64,000 nucleotides of DNA from Myxococcota bacterium. GTDB taxonomy: Bacteria; Myxococcota_A; UBA9160; JAFDET01. The first letter of the stretch is position 1, and every line of letters begins with the position of its first letter. The position numbers were made by a program, and so were the translations under genes. Below the pieces are notes generated by a model. That model worked only from the letters and a program-made list of their open reading frames with translations. It did not search any database and was not told where the DNA came from. Shown in pieces: positions 26,763-36,418 of this stretch. The DNA lies in NCBI GenBank assembly GCA_028278065.1, contig JANQFA010000079.1:252-64251 (forward strand). The letters run 5' to 3'.

Positions 26763-28804
26763 TAGAGCACCCGGTAGGCGTGCTTGCTGCGCAGGACGCG
26801 CTTCACGTAGCGGCGGGTCTGGCTGTACGGGATCGCCTCGACCCATTCGTCGTCGGCCAGATCGGGCCGCTCCTCCAGCCAGCGCTCGACCGCCTCCGGC
26901 CCGGCGTTGTAGCTCCCGATCGCGGCCGAGGGACGTCCCGCGAAGCGCCGCGAGAGCTGATCCAGGTAGAAGGCGCCGAGCCGGATGTTGACGGACGGCA
27001 GCAGGAGATCCTGGGTCGCGAAGGCGGCCAGCCCGGCGTCGCGCGCCAGCCGCTCCCCGGTGGTCGGCATGATCTGGAGCAGCCCCATCGCTCCCGCGGT
27101 GGAGTGCACGGCCGGTCGATAGCCGCTCTCCTCCCGCATGATCGCCCAGACCAGCTCGGGCTCGACCACCCCGTCCGAAGCCGCGCTCCAGCGGTGCACC
27201 AGGCCGTCCCAGGCGAGGGGCCACGCCAGCCACCAGGCCTCCTCGTGGCCGGGAACCGGCCCGCGCGCGAGCTCCCAGCTCAGGGAGCGGAGCACGAGAC
27301 CCTCGGCTGCGAAGTGGTCTCCCGCCTCGCTGTAGAGCGTCGCCAGCTGCAGCCGGTCGCTGCGGGATGCCGCGCGCCCCTCCAGGCGAGCCAGCTCGTC
27401 GCGCGCCGCCTCGTCCAGCCCGGCCGCCACCAGGATCGTCGGACGCGCCAGCTCCGCCGGGCGCAGGGCCGCGGGCGTGTCCGGCTCGAGGCGGCGGGGC
27501 CTGGCCGGGGCCGCGTAGGCCGGCACCCGGCGGGCGGCTCGCCAGCCGTAGTAGCTGAGCGGATAGGAGGCGGCGAGCTCTGCCAGGGCGCGTCGCCCCG
27601 CCGCAGGGTCCGAGGGCTCCAGGGCACGGGCGAACCAGTACTCCCCACGCAGCTGCGAGATGGGGTCGCGCTCCGCCTGCGCGAGGGCCTGGAAGTGGCC
27701 GCGCGCTTCCTCCAGGCGTCCGGCTCGATAGGCCACCCAGCCGAGGTTCCAGCGCGCCGAGATCGAGATCTCCGAGCTTCCCCGGGTGAGCTTCCGGAAG
27801 TGCTCGCGGGCGCGCTCCGGGTGGTCGTCCTCGAGGAGGAGCGCGGCGAGATAGCGGCTGCGGCTGCGCAGCGAGCGCGGCCCGCTCTGGGCCAGTCGCT
27901 CGAGCTGCTCCACCGCGCCGTCCACGTCTCCGGCTCGGGCCGTGGCGCGCGCCAGCCAGATGCGGGCCTCCGGATCGCGCGGGGCCAGCTCCTCGAAGGC
28001 CGCGACGGCCTCGGGGTAGCGGCGCAGCCGGAACAGGCACTGCGCGCGCTTCTCTCGGGCGCGCCGGCGATCCGAGCCCGAGAGGGACATGGCGAGGGCC
28101 TGGTCGAAGGCGTCGAGCGCCTCCTGGGTGCGCGCCAGCTTCAGGAACCCGTCCCCGCGTCGGCGCCAGTCCCGCCCGCTGCGGAAGCTGCGACCGGCCT
28201 TCTTCTCCAGCGCTGCGAGGCGCTCGCCCGCCTGCGGCGCGCCCTCCTCGCCCGGGGCGGTCGACCAGACCCGCCGGTAGAGGTCTGCCGCGTCGGCGAT
28301 GCGCCCGGCGGCCTCGTAGGAGCGCGCCAGCTCCATGGCGATGCCCGCGCGCAGGGGCAGGTGCCGGGTCGAGGCGCGCGCCTGGCTGAGCGCCGCCCTC
28401 CCCGCTTCCCCGTTGCCGGCCTCGAGGAAGGCCCGGCCCTCCGCCCGATGCAGCTGGGGACGCAGCGGCGTGTCGGGCCGCTCGCGCAGCGCGCGGCGCG
28501 CCGCGCGAATCGCCGACTCCCAGTCGCCGGACGCGAGCCACAGCTCGCTCTCCAGGAGCCCCGCGTGGTCCGCGATCTCCGGGTGGCGGCGCGCGGTCTC
28601 CGCGAAGCGGCGCCCGGCCTCCTGCGAGTCGCCGTCCGCACGCGCGCGAAGCGCGGCGCGCAGGCCGGCAGCGGCTTCGTGCACGGACGGCGCCAGCGAA
28701 GCCCGCGCCGCGGGAGCGACCGTGCCGCCCGCCGTGGGCGTCATGCTGCCGCCCACCGTGAGCGTGATCCAGCCGAGCGCCAGCACCGTGGCCAAGATCG
28801 TCAC
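26759..28804 (-). CDS. slt: soluble lytic murein transglycosylase (Slt70-like: superhelical TPR-like N-domain + SLT domain)
   Basis: 681 aa. Sequence IMREESGYRPAVHSTAGAMGLLQIMPTT...SYNAGP. Confidence 0.9.
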   Translation of the reverse strand: MTILATVLALGWITLTVGGSMTPTAGGTVAPAARASLAPSVHEAAAGLRAALRARADGDSQEAGRRFAETARRHPEIADHAGLLESELWLASGDWESAIRAARRALRERPDTPLRPQLHRAEGRAFLEAGNGEAGRAALSQARASTRHLPLRAGIAMELARSYEAAGRIADAADLYRRVWSTAPGEEGAPQAGERLAALEKKAGRSFRSGRDWRRRGDGFLKLARTQEALDAFDQALAMSLSGSDRRRAREKRAQCLFRLRRYPEAVAAFEELAPRDPEARIWLARATARAGDVDGAVEQLERLAQSGPRSLRSRSRYLAALLLEDDHPERAREHFRKLTRGSSEISISARWNLGWVAYRAGRLEEARGHFQALAQAERDPISQLRGEYWFARALEPSDPAAGRRALAELAASYPLSYYGWRAARRVPAYAAPARPRRLEPDTPAALRPAELARPTILVAAGLDEAARDELARLEGRAASRSDRLQLATLYSEAGDHFAAEGLVLRSLSWELARGPVPGHEEAWWLAWPLAWDGLVHRWSAASDGVVEPELVWAIMREESGYRPAVHSTAGAMGLLQIMPTTGERLARDAGLAAFATQDLLLPSVNIRLGAFYLDQLSRRFAGRPSAAIGSYNAGPEAVERWLEERPDLADDEWVEAIPYSQTRRYVKRVLRSKHAYRVLY

Positions 28805-28834
28805 CCGAGGCGGACCGCGAATCGAAACCTCCCC

Positions 28835-28994
28835 GATGTCAGGTCGCGGACTGATGGGATCCGGACCTGCTGCTGATGTCAGGTCGCGGACTGATGAGAT
28901 CCGGACCTGCTGTTGATGTCAGGTCGCGGATTGATGGGATCCGGACCTGCTGCTGATGTCAGGTCACGGGCCGATGGGACCCGGACCCTCTGCC
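28835..28994. repeat. 40-bp tandem repeat, 4 units, in the divergent slt / GHL10 promoter region
   Basis: GATGTCAGGTC at 28835, 28875, 28915 and 28955. The first three units are near-identical and the fourth is diverged. There is an internal sub-periodicity of about 20 bp (GATG...CGGAC twice per unit). Confidence 0.95.
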
Positions 28995-29036
28995 TAGTGT
29001 GCGAGAGCCGCGCGGGCCCTGCTAGCTTGGATCGCG

Positions 29037-30356
29037 TTGCGAACCCGTCGATTCACCGCAGCCTGGGCGTGCCTCGCCTGGCTCGCCGCAGCCTGCGAAG
29101 GCGAGCCGCCCCCGGCTCCGCCGCCGGAGTCCGCGCTCGCGCCCGCAGAAGCGACGCCAGAGCCCGCCCCGCGCGCCGCGATGTGGGTCCTCTGCGAGGG
29201 CTCGCAGCGCGTGCTCGAGAACCCGGAGCGCGTACCCACCCTGCTGGCCGACGCCCACGCCCTCGGCGTGAGCGATCTCTTCGTCCAGGTCTACCGCGGG
29301 GGGCGCGCCTGGTTCGACTCGAGCCTCGCCGACTCCGGCCCCTGGCAGGCGGCGGTGGCCGCACAGCAGGTCGACCCGCTCGCCCAGCTCCTCGCGGCGG
29401 CCCACGCCGAAGGGCTGCGCGTGCACGCGTGGGTGAACGTCCTCTCCCTGGCGGGCAACCGGGAGGCACCGATCCTGCGCGATCTGGGCCGCGAGGCCGT
29501 GCACGTCGACCGGCGCGGGCGCTCCATGCTCGACTTCCCGGACCTCGAGATCCCCTACCCCGACCGCGCCACCGTGCGCATGGGCACGCCCGCCGTCTGG
29601 CTCGATCCCGGGGCTCCCGGGGTCTCGGAGCGTCTGGTCGCCACGGTCGCCGAGCTGATGCAGCGCTACCCGGAGCTCGACGGCGTGCACCTCGACTACA
29701 TCCGCTACCCGGATGTGCTGCCCTTCTCGCCGGGCTCGCGCTTCCGGGTGGGCGTCGACTTCGGATACGGCGCGGCGACGCGCGAGCGCTTCGCGGCGGA
29801 GACCGGGCTGCGCGCTCCCGCTGCTTCGCGGGCCGGGGACGACGAGGCGTGGGACCAGTGGCGCCGGGGCCGGGTGACGAACCTGGTGGCGGGGATCGGC
29901 GCCGCGATGCGCGCGGTGCGACCCGACGCCGAGCTCTCGGCCGCGGTGTCGGCGTATCCCGAGCGAGCCTATCTCTCGCTCTTCCAGGACTGGCGCAGCT
30001 GGGTCGAGGACGGACTCCTCGACTTCGCGGTGACCATGCTCTACTCGCGCGACGACCGACTCTTCCGTCACGAGGCGACCGCCTACACGCGCGGCGTCGG
30101 AGGTCGACGCATCTGGATCGGGCTGGGCTCGTGGCTCTTCGCGCGCAACCCCGAGCGCGCTGCGGCCCAGCGAGCCGTGGTCGAGGATCTCGGCGCCTCG
30201 CTCTCGCTCTTCTCCTGGGACTCGATCAGCGACGCACCCCCCCTGCGAGCAGCCCTGGCCGCCGCACCCCCGCAGCCCGCAGAAGATGCTTCGGACCCGC
30301 CGGGGCCCCCCGCTCCGGACCCGCCGGCGGAGCCGGACCCCGACGTCGATGGATGA
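29037..30356 (+). CDS. glycosyl-hydrolase-like family 10 (GHL10/YngK-like) lipoprotein
   Basis: 439 aa. Lipobox LAAAC, then VHAWVNVL, GVHLDYIRYP. TTG start as in the track (start uncertain). Confidence 0.8.
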   Translation: MRTRRFTAAWACLAWLAAACEGEPPPAPPPESALAPAEATPEPAPRAAMWVLCEGSQRVLENPERVPTLLADAHALGVSDLFVQVYRGGRAWFDSSLADSGPWQAAVAAQQVDPLAQLLAAAHAEGLRVHAWVNVLSLAGNREAPILRDLGREAVHVDRRGRSMLDFPDLEIPYPDRATVRMGTPAVWLDPGAPGVSERLVATVAELMQRYPELDGVHLDYIRYPDVLPFSPGSRFRVGVDFGYGAATRERFAAETGLRAPAASRAGDDEAWDQWRRGRVTNLVAGIGAAMRAVRPDAELSAAVSAYPERAYLSLFQDWRSWVEDGLLDFAVTMLYSRDDRLFRHEATAYTRGVGGRRIWIGLGSWLFARNPERAAAQRAVVEDLGASLSLFSWDSISDAPPLRAALAAAPPQPAEDASDPPGPPAPDPPAEPDPDVDG

Positions 30357-31383
30357 GCTCGACGCGATCGACTACGTCCTGCCGCCCGACCGCATCGCCC
30401 AGGAGCCGGCAGGGAGGCGGGACGACGCGCGGCTCCTGGTGCTGGAGCGCGGCTCCGAGCGGCGCCGCCACCAGCGTGTGCACGAGCTGCCGGACCTGCT
30501 GCGGGCCGGGGACCTCCTCATCACGAACGCGACCCGGGTCGTGCCGGCGCGTCTGCGCGGCGCCAAGGAGAGCGGCGGCCGGGCCGAGGCGCTCCTGCTC
30601 GGGACCGCGGGAGAGGGCCGCTTCCGCGCGCTGGTGAAGTGCCGGGGGCGTCTGCGCGCGGGACAGCGCCTCGTGCTCGGCGGGCTCGCTGCCGAGGTGG
30701 TCGCCTGTCGCGACGGGGGCGAGGTGCTGCTCGCCTTCGAGGGCGGCGCGGATCCCTACGCCGCGGGCGAGGCTCCCCTCCCCCCCTACATCCGCCGGCC
30801 CGAGCCGCGTGACAGCGACCGCGAGCGCTACCAGACCGTGTTCGCCCGCGAGGCCGGGTCCGTCGCAGCACCGACCGCCGGACTGCACTTCACCCCCGAA
30901 CTCCTCGCCGCGCTGGAGCGGCGTGGCGTGGAGCACGCCGAGGTGGTGCTCCACGTCGGGGCCGGCACCTTCCGTCCGGTACGCCACCAGGACCTGGTGC
31001 AGGGTGAGCTCCACGCCGAGCCGTTCGTGCTGCCGGAGGCCACCGCACGCGCGGTGGCGCGAGCTCGCGCGCGCGGCGGCCGGGTGGTCGCGGTCGGAAC
31101 CACGACCACCCGGGTGCTGGAGAGCCGGGTCGACGCGGAGCGCGGCGTGCGCGCGGGCAGCGGCGAGACCCGTCTCTTCCTGCGGCCCGATCCGGGTGAC
31201 GACGCCCCGCGCCCCTTCGGCGTGGTGGACGCGCTCCTGACCAACTTCCACCTGCCCCGCTCCTCCCTCCTCCTGCTCGTCGCCGCCTTCGCCGGGCGCC
31301 GACCCGTGCTGGATGCCTACGCCGAGGCGATTCGCGAGGGCTATCGCTTCTACTCGTACGGCGACGCGATGCTGATCCTGTGA
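30349..31383 (+). CDS. queA: S-adenosylmethionine:tRNA ribosyltransferase-isomerase
   Basis: ATG at 30349 inside track ORF 30286..31383. Sequence YVLPPDRIAQEPA, LPPYI, GLHFTPELL, TNFHLPRSSLLLL. Confidence 0.95.
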   Translation: MDELDAIDYVLPPDRIAQEPAGRRDDARLLVLERGSERRRHQRVHELPDLLRAGDLLITNATRVVPARLRGAKESGGRAEALLLGTAGEGRFRALVKCRGRLRAGQRLVLGGLAAEVVACRDGGEVLLAFEGGADPYAAGEAPLPPYIRRPEPRDSDRERYQTVFAREAGSVAAPTAGLHFTPELLAALERRGVEHAEVVLHVGAGTFRPVRHQDLVQGELHAEPFVLPEATARAVARARARGGRVVAVGTTTTRVLESRVDAERGVRAGSGETRLFLRPDPGDDAPRPFGVVDALLTNFHLPRSSLLLLVAAFAGRRPVLDAYAEAIREGYRFYSYGDAMLIL

Positions 31384-32525
31384 AGGCGCGGGGGTTCTCC
31401 TTCGAGCCCGGCGCCCGCGACGGCGAAGCGCGCCGCGGCCGACTCACGACACCCCACGGCGTGGTCGAGACCCCGGCCTTCATGCCGGTGGCGACCTACG
31501 GGGCCGTGCGAGGCCTCTCGGGCGGCGACCTGCGGGAGCTCGGTGCCCAGATCCTGCTCTCGAACACCTATCACCTGCACGAGCGACCCGGCGAGGACGT
31601 GATCGCAGAGCTGGGCGGGCTCCACGGATTCACCGACTGGAGCGGCCCCTGGCTCACCGACAGCGGCGGCTTCCAGGTGACGTCGCTCGGCGACCGGGTG
31701 CGCGTCGACGAGGACGGCGTCTCGTTCGCTTCGACCCTCGACGGCCGCCGGCATCGGCTGCGCCCGGAGGACGCCGTGGCCATCCAGGAACGGCTCGGCT
31801 CGGACGTAGCCATGGTGCTCGACGAGTGCCTGCCCCTCGAGTCGCGTCTCGAGGGCGCGGAGACCCTCGGCGACCCCGGGCGCGCGCGGGCCGCGATGGA
31901 GCGCACCCTGCGCTGGGCCGCGCGCAGCCGCGCGGCCCGCAAGCGCGAGGACCAGGCCCTCTTCGGCATCGTGCAGGGCGGGAACCGCTCCGAGCTTCGC
32001 CGAGAGAGCGCGGACGCCACCGCCGCCCTCGGGTTCGACGGCTACGCCCACGGCGGCCTCGGCCTGGGCGAGGCGCCCGACGCGCGCGTCGACCTGGTGC
32101 GGGCCGCCCACGCGGGACTGCCCGCGGAGGCGCCTCGCTACCTCATGGGGATCGGTCGTCCCGAGGACATCCTCGCGGCGGTGGCGGCGGGCGTCGACCT
32201 CTTCGACTGCGTCGTCCCCACGCGCCACGCGCGGCACGGCCTTCTCTACACCCAGCACGGTCTCCTGCCCATCAAGAACAGCCGCTTCCGCGGCGATCCG
32301 GACCCGGTCGACGCGGACTGCGATTGCCCGGCCTGCCGAGCCCACTCTCGCGCCTACCTGGCCCACCTGGTGCACTCCGGAGAGGCCCTGGGAGCGCGCC
32401 TCGCCTCGCTGCACAACCTGCGCTTCTACCTGCGCCTGATGGCCCGCGCCCGCGAAGCCATCGCCGCCGGGGGCCTGGCCGGGCTCGTCTCCGAGGTGGC
32501 CCGACTGGCCGACGTCCGCGTGTAG
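31380..32525 (+). CDS. tgt: queuine tRNA-ribosyltransferase
   Basis: 381 aa. The GTG at 31380 overlaps the queA stop (GTGA). Sequence TPAFMPVATYGAVRG, LTDSGGFQV, and zinc site CDCPAC...H. Confidence 0.95.
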   Translation: MKARGFSFEPGARDGEARRGRLTTPHGVVETPAFMPVATYGAVRGLSGGDLRELGAQILLSNTYHLHERPGEDVIAELGGLHGFTDWSGPWLTDSGGFQVTSLGDRVRVDEDGVSFASTLDGRRHRLRPEDAVAIQERLGSDVAMVLDECLPLESRLEGAETLGDPGRARAAMERTLRWAARSRAARKREDQALFGIVQGGNRSELRRESADATAALGFDGYAHGGLGLGEAPDARVDLVRAAHAGLPAEAPRYLMGIGRPEDILAAVAAGVDLFDCVVPTRHARHGLLYTQHGLLPIKNSRFRGDPDPVDADCDCPACRAHSRAYLAHLVHSGEALGARLASLHNLRFYLRLMARAREAIAAGGLAGLVSEVARLADVRV

Positions 32526-32640
32526 GCCGGCTGCGCCCGGGCGGCCCAGGTGCGCGCCGGCGCACGGCTTTCTGGCTCAAGACCGGGCGCCGTCGTGTCG
32601 ATCTCCGAGCCGTCTCGAACCCGTGTCTGGAGGGGCTGCG

Positions 32641-34809
32641 ATGGGTGCGACGGAGAGCCGGGTCGCGAGCGACCTGCGCCGCAACCTGGTCGTCTCGATC
32701 ATGGGCGGAATCGTCCTGTCGGCGGGGATCGCCATCCTCACCCTGGCGATCGCCGCCAACGGCCTGCTCCACGACGAGCTGTCCGAGCGCACCAGCGCAG
32801 ACGCTCGCGCGCTGGCCCTCTCCCTCTCGGGCCCCCTGTCGCGGGGTCACATGCGCACCGCCGCCCAGGCCGTGCAGGAGATCTCCGAGACACCCGACCT
32901 GATCGAAGCCACCGTCGTCGACGAGATGGGTCGGGTGGTGGTCTCCACCGACACCCCGACCGTGGGCGGCGCGGCCGCCTCCTACCATGCCGGGGTGGTC
33001 GTGCCCACCCGCTTCGAGGCCGGGAGTCCCGAGGCCGGCGAGGGCGCCCTCCTCTGGGTGCTGCCCATCCACGGCGAGCACGATCCGGAGACGGGCGATA
33101 CGCCCCTCGTCGGCACCGTGGCCATGCGCTTCTCGACGGCGCGGGTGGGGGCGGCTCTGGTGCGCAGCGTGAGCCTGGCCGCCGTGGTCGTGCTGCTCGG
33201 GGCGGGACTCATCGGCGGCGCCCTCTACTGGGTGCTGAGACGGAACGCGCTCAAGCCGATCGCCGCCCTGCTGGCCGGGGTGGAGCGCATGGGCGAGGGG
33301 GACCTCGGCGCCCGCGTGCGCACACAGGATCTCGGCGCCCTCGACAGCCTGGGGAAGGCCCTGAACGGCATGTGGGAGGGCTTCGCCAGCCTGGCCGGGC
33401 GCGTCACGGGCATCACCGAGCGCATCCAGGCGGTCGCGGGGCGCCTCGGCCTGGCGATGGGTGACGTCGAGGACGGCAGTCACCTGCAGGAGGAGTCGGC
33501 CGAGGAGACCGCGGCCATGCTCGCGCGGGTCAACACCTCGATCCGCGACGTGAACGGACAGATCGAGACGCTCTCGCGCTCCACCGAGGAGGCCTCCTCC
33601 TCGACCCTCGAGCTGGCGGCATCGGTGGACGAGGTGGCGCGCAGCGTCACCTCGCTGAACGACGCCGTGGAGTCGGCCAGCTCTTCGAGCCAGGAGATGG
33701 GGGCCAGCATCCGGCAGGTCGCCGACAGCGCCGACGAGGTGCAGCGCATGGCCGAGGAGACCGCCGCCTCGATGACCCAGATGGACCGCGCCATCCAGGA
33801 GGTGAGCGACCACGTGAACCAGGCCTCGGAGCTCACCGAGAAGGTCTCCCAAGGCGCCGAGGAAGGCACCGGCGCCGTCGCCTCGACGATCGAGGGCATC
33901 GAGGAGATCCGCTCCCTCACCGGCGAGTCACGCGCGGTGGTGGGACGCCTGGTCGAGCGCATCGGCGAGATCGACGAGATCCTCACGGTGATCGGCGGAA
34001 TCAACGACGAGACCAACCTGCTCTCGCTGAACGCCGCGATCATCGCCGCCCAGGCCGGCGAGCAGGGGAAGGCCTTCGCGGTGGTGGCCAACCACGTGAA
34101 GACGCTCGCCCAGCGTACGGCCATGAGCACCCAGGAAATCGAGCGCCTGATCCGCTCGGTCCAGGACGAGTCGGGCAACGCCATGTCCGCCATGGAGGCC
34201 GGGATCCAGGCGGTGGAGACCGGCGTCGAGCGCTCGCGCAGGGCCGGAGACGCCCTCGAGAAGATCCGCGAGCTGGCCGGCGACGCGAACGCCCGCGTCA
34301 GCGAGATCGCGCGCGCCGCCCAGGAGCAGGGTCGCAACTCCCAGCACGTGGCCGACGCCGCCAACCGCACCTCCGCGATGGTCCAGAAGATCTCGGGCGC
34401 CATGGCCGAGCAGAGCGCCGCCAGCGAGCAGATGCTGCAGACGTCGGAGGCGGCCCTGGTCGTCTGCCGTCAGGTGCAGCGCTCCACCGAGGAGCAGCGC
34501 GAGTCCACCGCCTTCATCACGGAGAGCATCACCGCGATCGGCGAGATGATGCGCAGCATCCAGGAGAACATGGCCAGCCACCAGCAGGCCGGCGAAGGCG
34601 TCTCCGAGGTCGTGGAGCGCGTGCTCGAGACCGCGCGCAAGACCGGCGGCCGGGTCCCGGAGATCGTCGCCATCGTCGGCGACCTCTGCCGGGACGCCGA
34701 AGCGCTGCACGACGAGCTGGCCCGCTTCGACGCGGGCGCGAAGGCGGCTCAGGCCGGCGTGGAGGCGGAGCCCTCGGCTCCGGTCAGGGCCGCGCAGAGC
34801 CCCGCGTAG
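32641..34809 (+). CDS. methyl-accepting chemotaxis protein (two TM helices, HAMP, long signalling domain)
   Basis: I prefer the ATG at 32641 (GGAGGGG 5 nt upstream) within track ORF 32623..34809. Highly conserved hairpin ETNLLSLNAAIIAAQAGEQGKAFAVVANHVKTLA. Confidence 0.9.
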   Translation: MGATESRVASDLRRNLVVSIMGGIVLSAGIAILTLAIAANGLLHDELSERTSADARALALSLSGPLSRGHMRTAAQAVQEISETPDLIEATVVDEMGRVVVSTDTPTVGGAAASYHAGVVVPTRFEAGSPEAGEGALLWVLPIHGEHDPETGDTPLVGTVAMRFSTARVGAALVRSVSLAAVVVLLGAGLIGGALYWVLRRNALKPIAALLAGVERMGEGDLGARVRTQDLGALDSLGKALNGMWEGFASLAGRVTGITERIQAVAGRLGLAMGDVEDGSHLQEESAEETAAMLARVNTSIRDVNGQIETLSRSTEEASSSTLELAASVDEVARSVTSLNDAVESASSSSQEMGASIRQVADSADEVQRMAEETAASMTQMDRAIQEVSDHVNQASELTEKVSQGAEEGTGAVASTIEGIEEIRSLTGESRAVVGRLVERIGEIDEILTVIGGINDETNLLSLNAAIIAAQAGEQGKAFAVVANHVKTLAQRTAMSTQEIERLIRSVQDESGNAMSAMEAGIQAVETGVERSRRAGDALEKIRELAGDANARVSEIARAAQEQGRNSQHVADAANRTSAMVQKISGAMAEQSAASEQMLQTSEAALVVCRQVQRSTEEQRESTAFITESITAIGEMMRSIQENMASHQQAGEGVSEVVERVLETARKTGGRVPEIVAIVGDLCRDAEALHDELARFDAGAKAAQAGVEAEPSAPVRAAQSPA

Positions 34810-35729
34810 TAGGGCAGCTGCTCGCCCAGGGTCGCGGCGCGGAGCTCGAGACCCCCACCGATGCGCGGCCACGTGCGCGCCCGCACGGCCTCGCGCACCG
34901 GACCGAGGACCAGCTCCTCGCCGGCTGCCGCGACGATCGTGCCGAGCACGACCGCCTCCGGGTCGAGGGTGAAGGCGAGGTTCACCAGCAGGTGGGTCAG
35001 GTAGCGGTTGAAGCGCTCGATCTCGGCCAGGGCGAAGGCGTCGCCCTCGCGGGCGGCCTCCACCACGTGGACGGGCGTGGCCTGGGCACTCCCCCCCGCC
35101 AGCTCCGCCACGCGTCCGTCGTCCGGCGCCACGCGCGCCAGACGCTTCTGCCAGGCCGCACCACCGATGTAGGCCTCCGCGCAGCCGCGCAGGCCGCAGT
35201 TGCAGAGCTCCCCATCCCACTCGAGGGTGGTGTGGCCGATCTCGCCGGCGCTCCAGCTGCGGCCTCGCCAGAGCCGTCCGTCGAGGACGATCCCACCGCC
35301 CACCCCGGTGCTCATCGTGGCGTAGAGGACGCTTGCAAAGCCCCGGCCCGCGCCGAAGCGCGCCTCGGCGACCGCGGCCGCATTGGCATCGTTCTCGAGG
35401 TGGATCGCCTCCAGCCCGAGGCTCTCGCTCAGCAGATCACCGACGGGCACCTCCCCCCAGCCCGGCAGGTTGGGCGGATTCAGGACGCGCCGACCCTCGG
35501 GATCGAGGGGGCCCGGGAGCGATACGCCCACGGCCTCCACATCCGCGAGCTGCAGCCCGGCCTGGGCGATCACCTGGCGCGCATCCTCGGCCAGACGCGC
35601 GACGTCGGCGGCCGGATCGCCCGACGGCTCGGTCGCGCGACGCAGCGTCGCCTGCAGCTCCCCTCCCGGGGCTCCCACGCAGAGCGCCACCTTGGTTCCG
35701 CCGACGTCGATCCCCACCAGTGCGCCCAC
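34749..35729 (-). CDS. ROK family sugar kinase/regulator-like protein
   Basis: 326 aa. Sequence VGIDVGGTK, and the zinc motif CNCGLRGCAEAY. Confidence 0.85.
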   Translation of the reverse strand: MGALVGIDVGGTKVALCVGAPGGELQATLRRATEPSGDPAADVARLAEDARQVIAQAGLQLADVEAVGVSLPGPLDPEGRRVLNPPNLPGWGEVPVGDLLSESLGLEAIHLENDANAAAVAEARFGAGRGFASVLYATMSTGVGGGIVLDGRLWRGRSWSAGEIGHTTLEWDGELCNCGLRGCAEAYIGGAAWQKRLARVAPDDGRVAELAGGSAQATPVHVVEAAREGDAFALAEIERFNRYLTHLLVNLAFTLDPEAVVLGTIVAAAGEELVLGPVREAVRARTWPRIGGGLELRAATLGEQLPYYAGLCAALTGAEGSASTPA

Positions 35730-35923
35730 GCTCGAGGCCTCCCGGGCCCGTCTGGAGTGGGCCGAAAAGTACTTCTGAAACGCGGCCTTGCGCCGCGCGG
35801 CGCGAGTCTAACACAGGAACGCTCAGGCCAGGCGCCCTCCGCGCCGATAGGGAAAGGGTCGGATCCACGCCGCTCTGTGCCGGTTGCCTGCCGGCGGGTG
35901 AGCGTGGTTCGGGGGGGGATTCG

Positions 35924-36376
35924 ATGCTCAAGACCATCCGAGGCGGGCTGCTCGCCGCTGCGCTCGTCGCCTGCATGGGCGTGTCGCCGTGCGCCACCAT
36001 GGACCTCGACTGGGCCGGCCACAAGAAGAACCTGGAGGACACGCAGCTCAAGTACGTGCACTTCCTGCGCTGGGGTGAGTACGAGGCCGCCAGCATGCTC
36101 GTCGAGCAGGAACACCGCGACGCGTTCCGCGCGAACATCCCGGCCTTCGAGAACGTGCGCCTCTCGGACTACGAGATCCTGGAGACGAACTTCAACGAGC
36201 TCGAGACCGAGGCCACGAGCACCGTCACGTTCCGCGCCTACCACCTGGCCCGCATGATCGAGGAGAAGTGGCTCGAGGAGCAGGTGTGGGTGCGGGACGA
36301 GCACACCAAGAAGTGGAGCGTGAAGCCCGACATGGAGAAGATCCGCACCGCGCTCGCCAAGCTGCAGCCCAAGTAG
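35924..36376 (+). CDS. lipoprotein, hypothetical
   Basis: ATG at 35924 inside track ORF 35333..36376. Sequence MLKTIRGGLLAAALVACMG (lipobox). Confidence 0.6.
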   Translation: MLKTIRGGLLAAALVACMGVSPCATMDLDWAGHKKNLEDTQLKYVHFLRWGEYEAASMLVEQEHRDAFRANIPAFENVRLSDYEILETNFNELETEATSTVTFRAYHLARMIEEKWLEEQVWVRDEHTKKWSVKPDMEKIRTALAKLQPK

Positions 36377-36418
36377 CCGCCCCACCCGGCCGCTGCAGCA
36401 TTCGTCCGGAGGGAACGG

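Noticed and set aside
26763-28541. Upstream 590 aa of ORF 25800..28541 (fused to the PfkB kinase)
   Set aside because: This is an alternate frame of the slt gene on the same strand. The kinase homology begins only at the TTG at 26762, which overlaps the slt stop.
28835-28994. The 40-bp repeat block as a CRISPR array
   Set aside because: The units are directly adjacent with no unique spacers, and no cas genes or leader are present.
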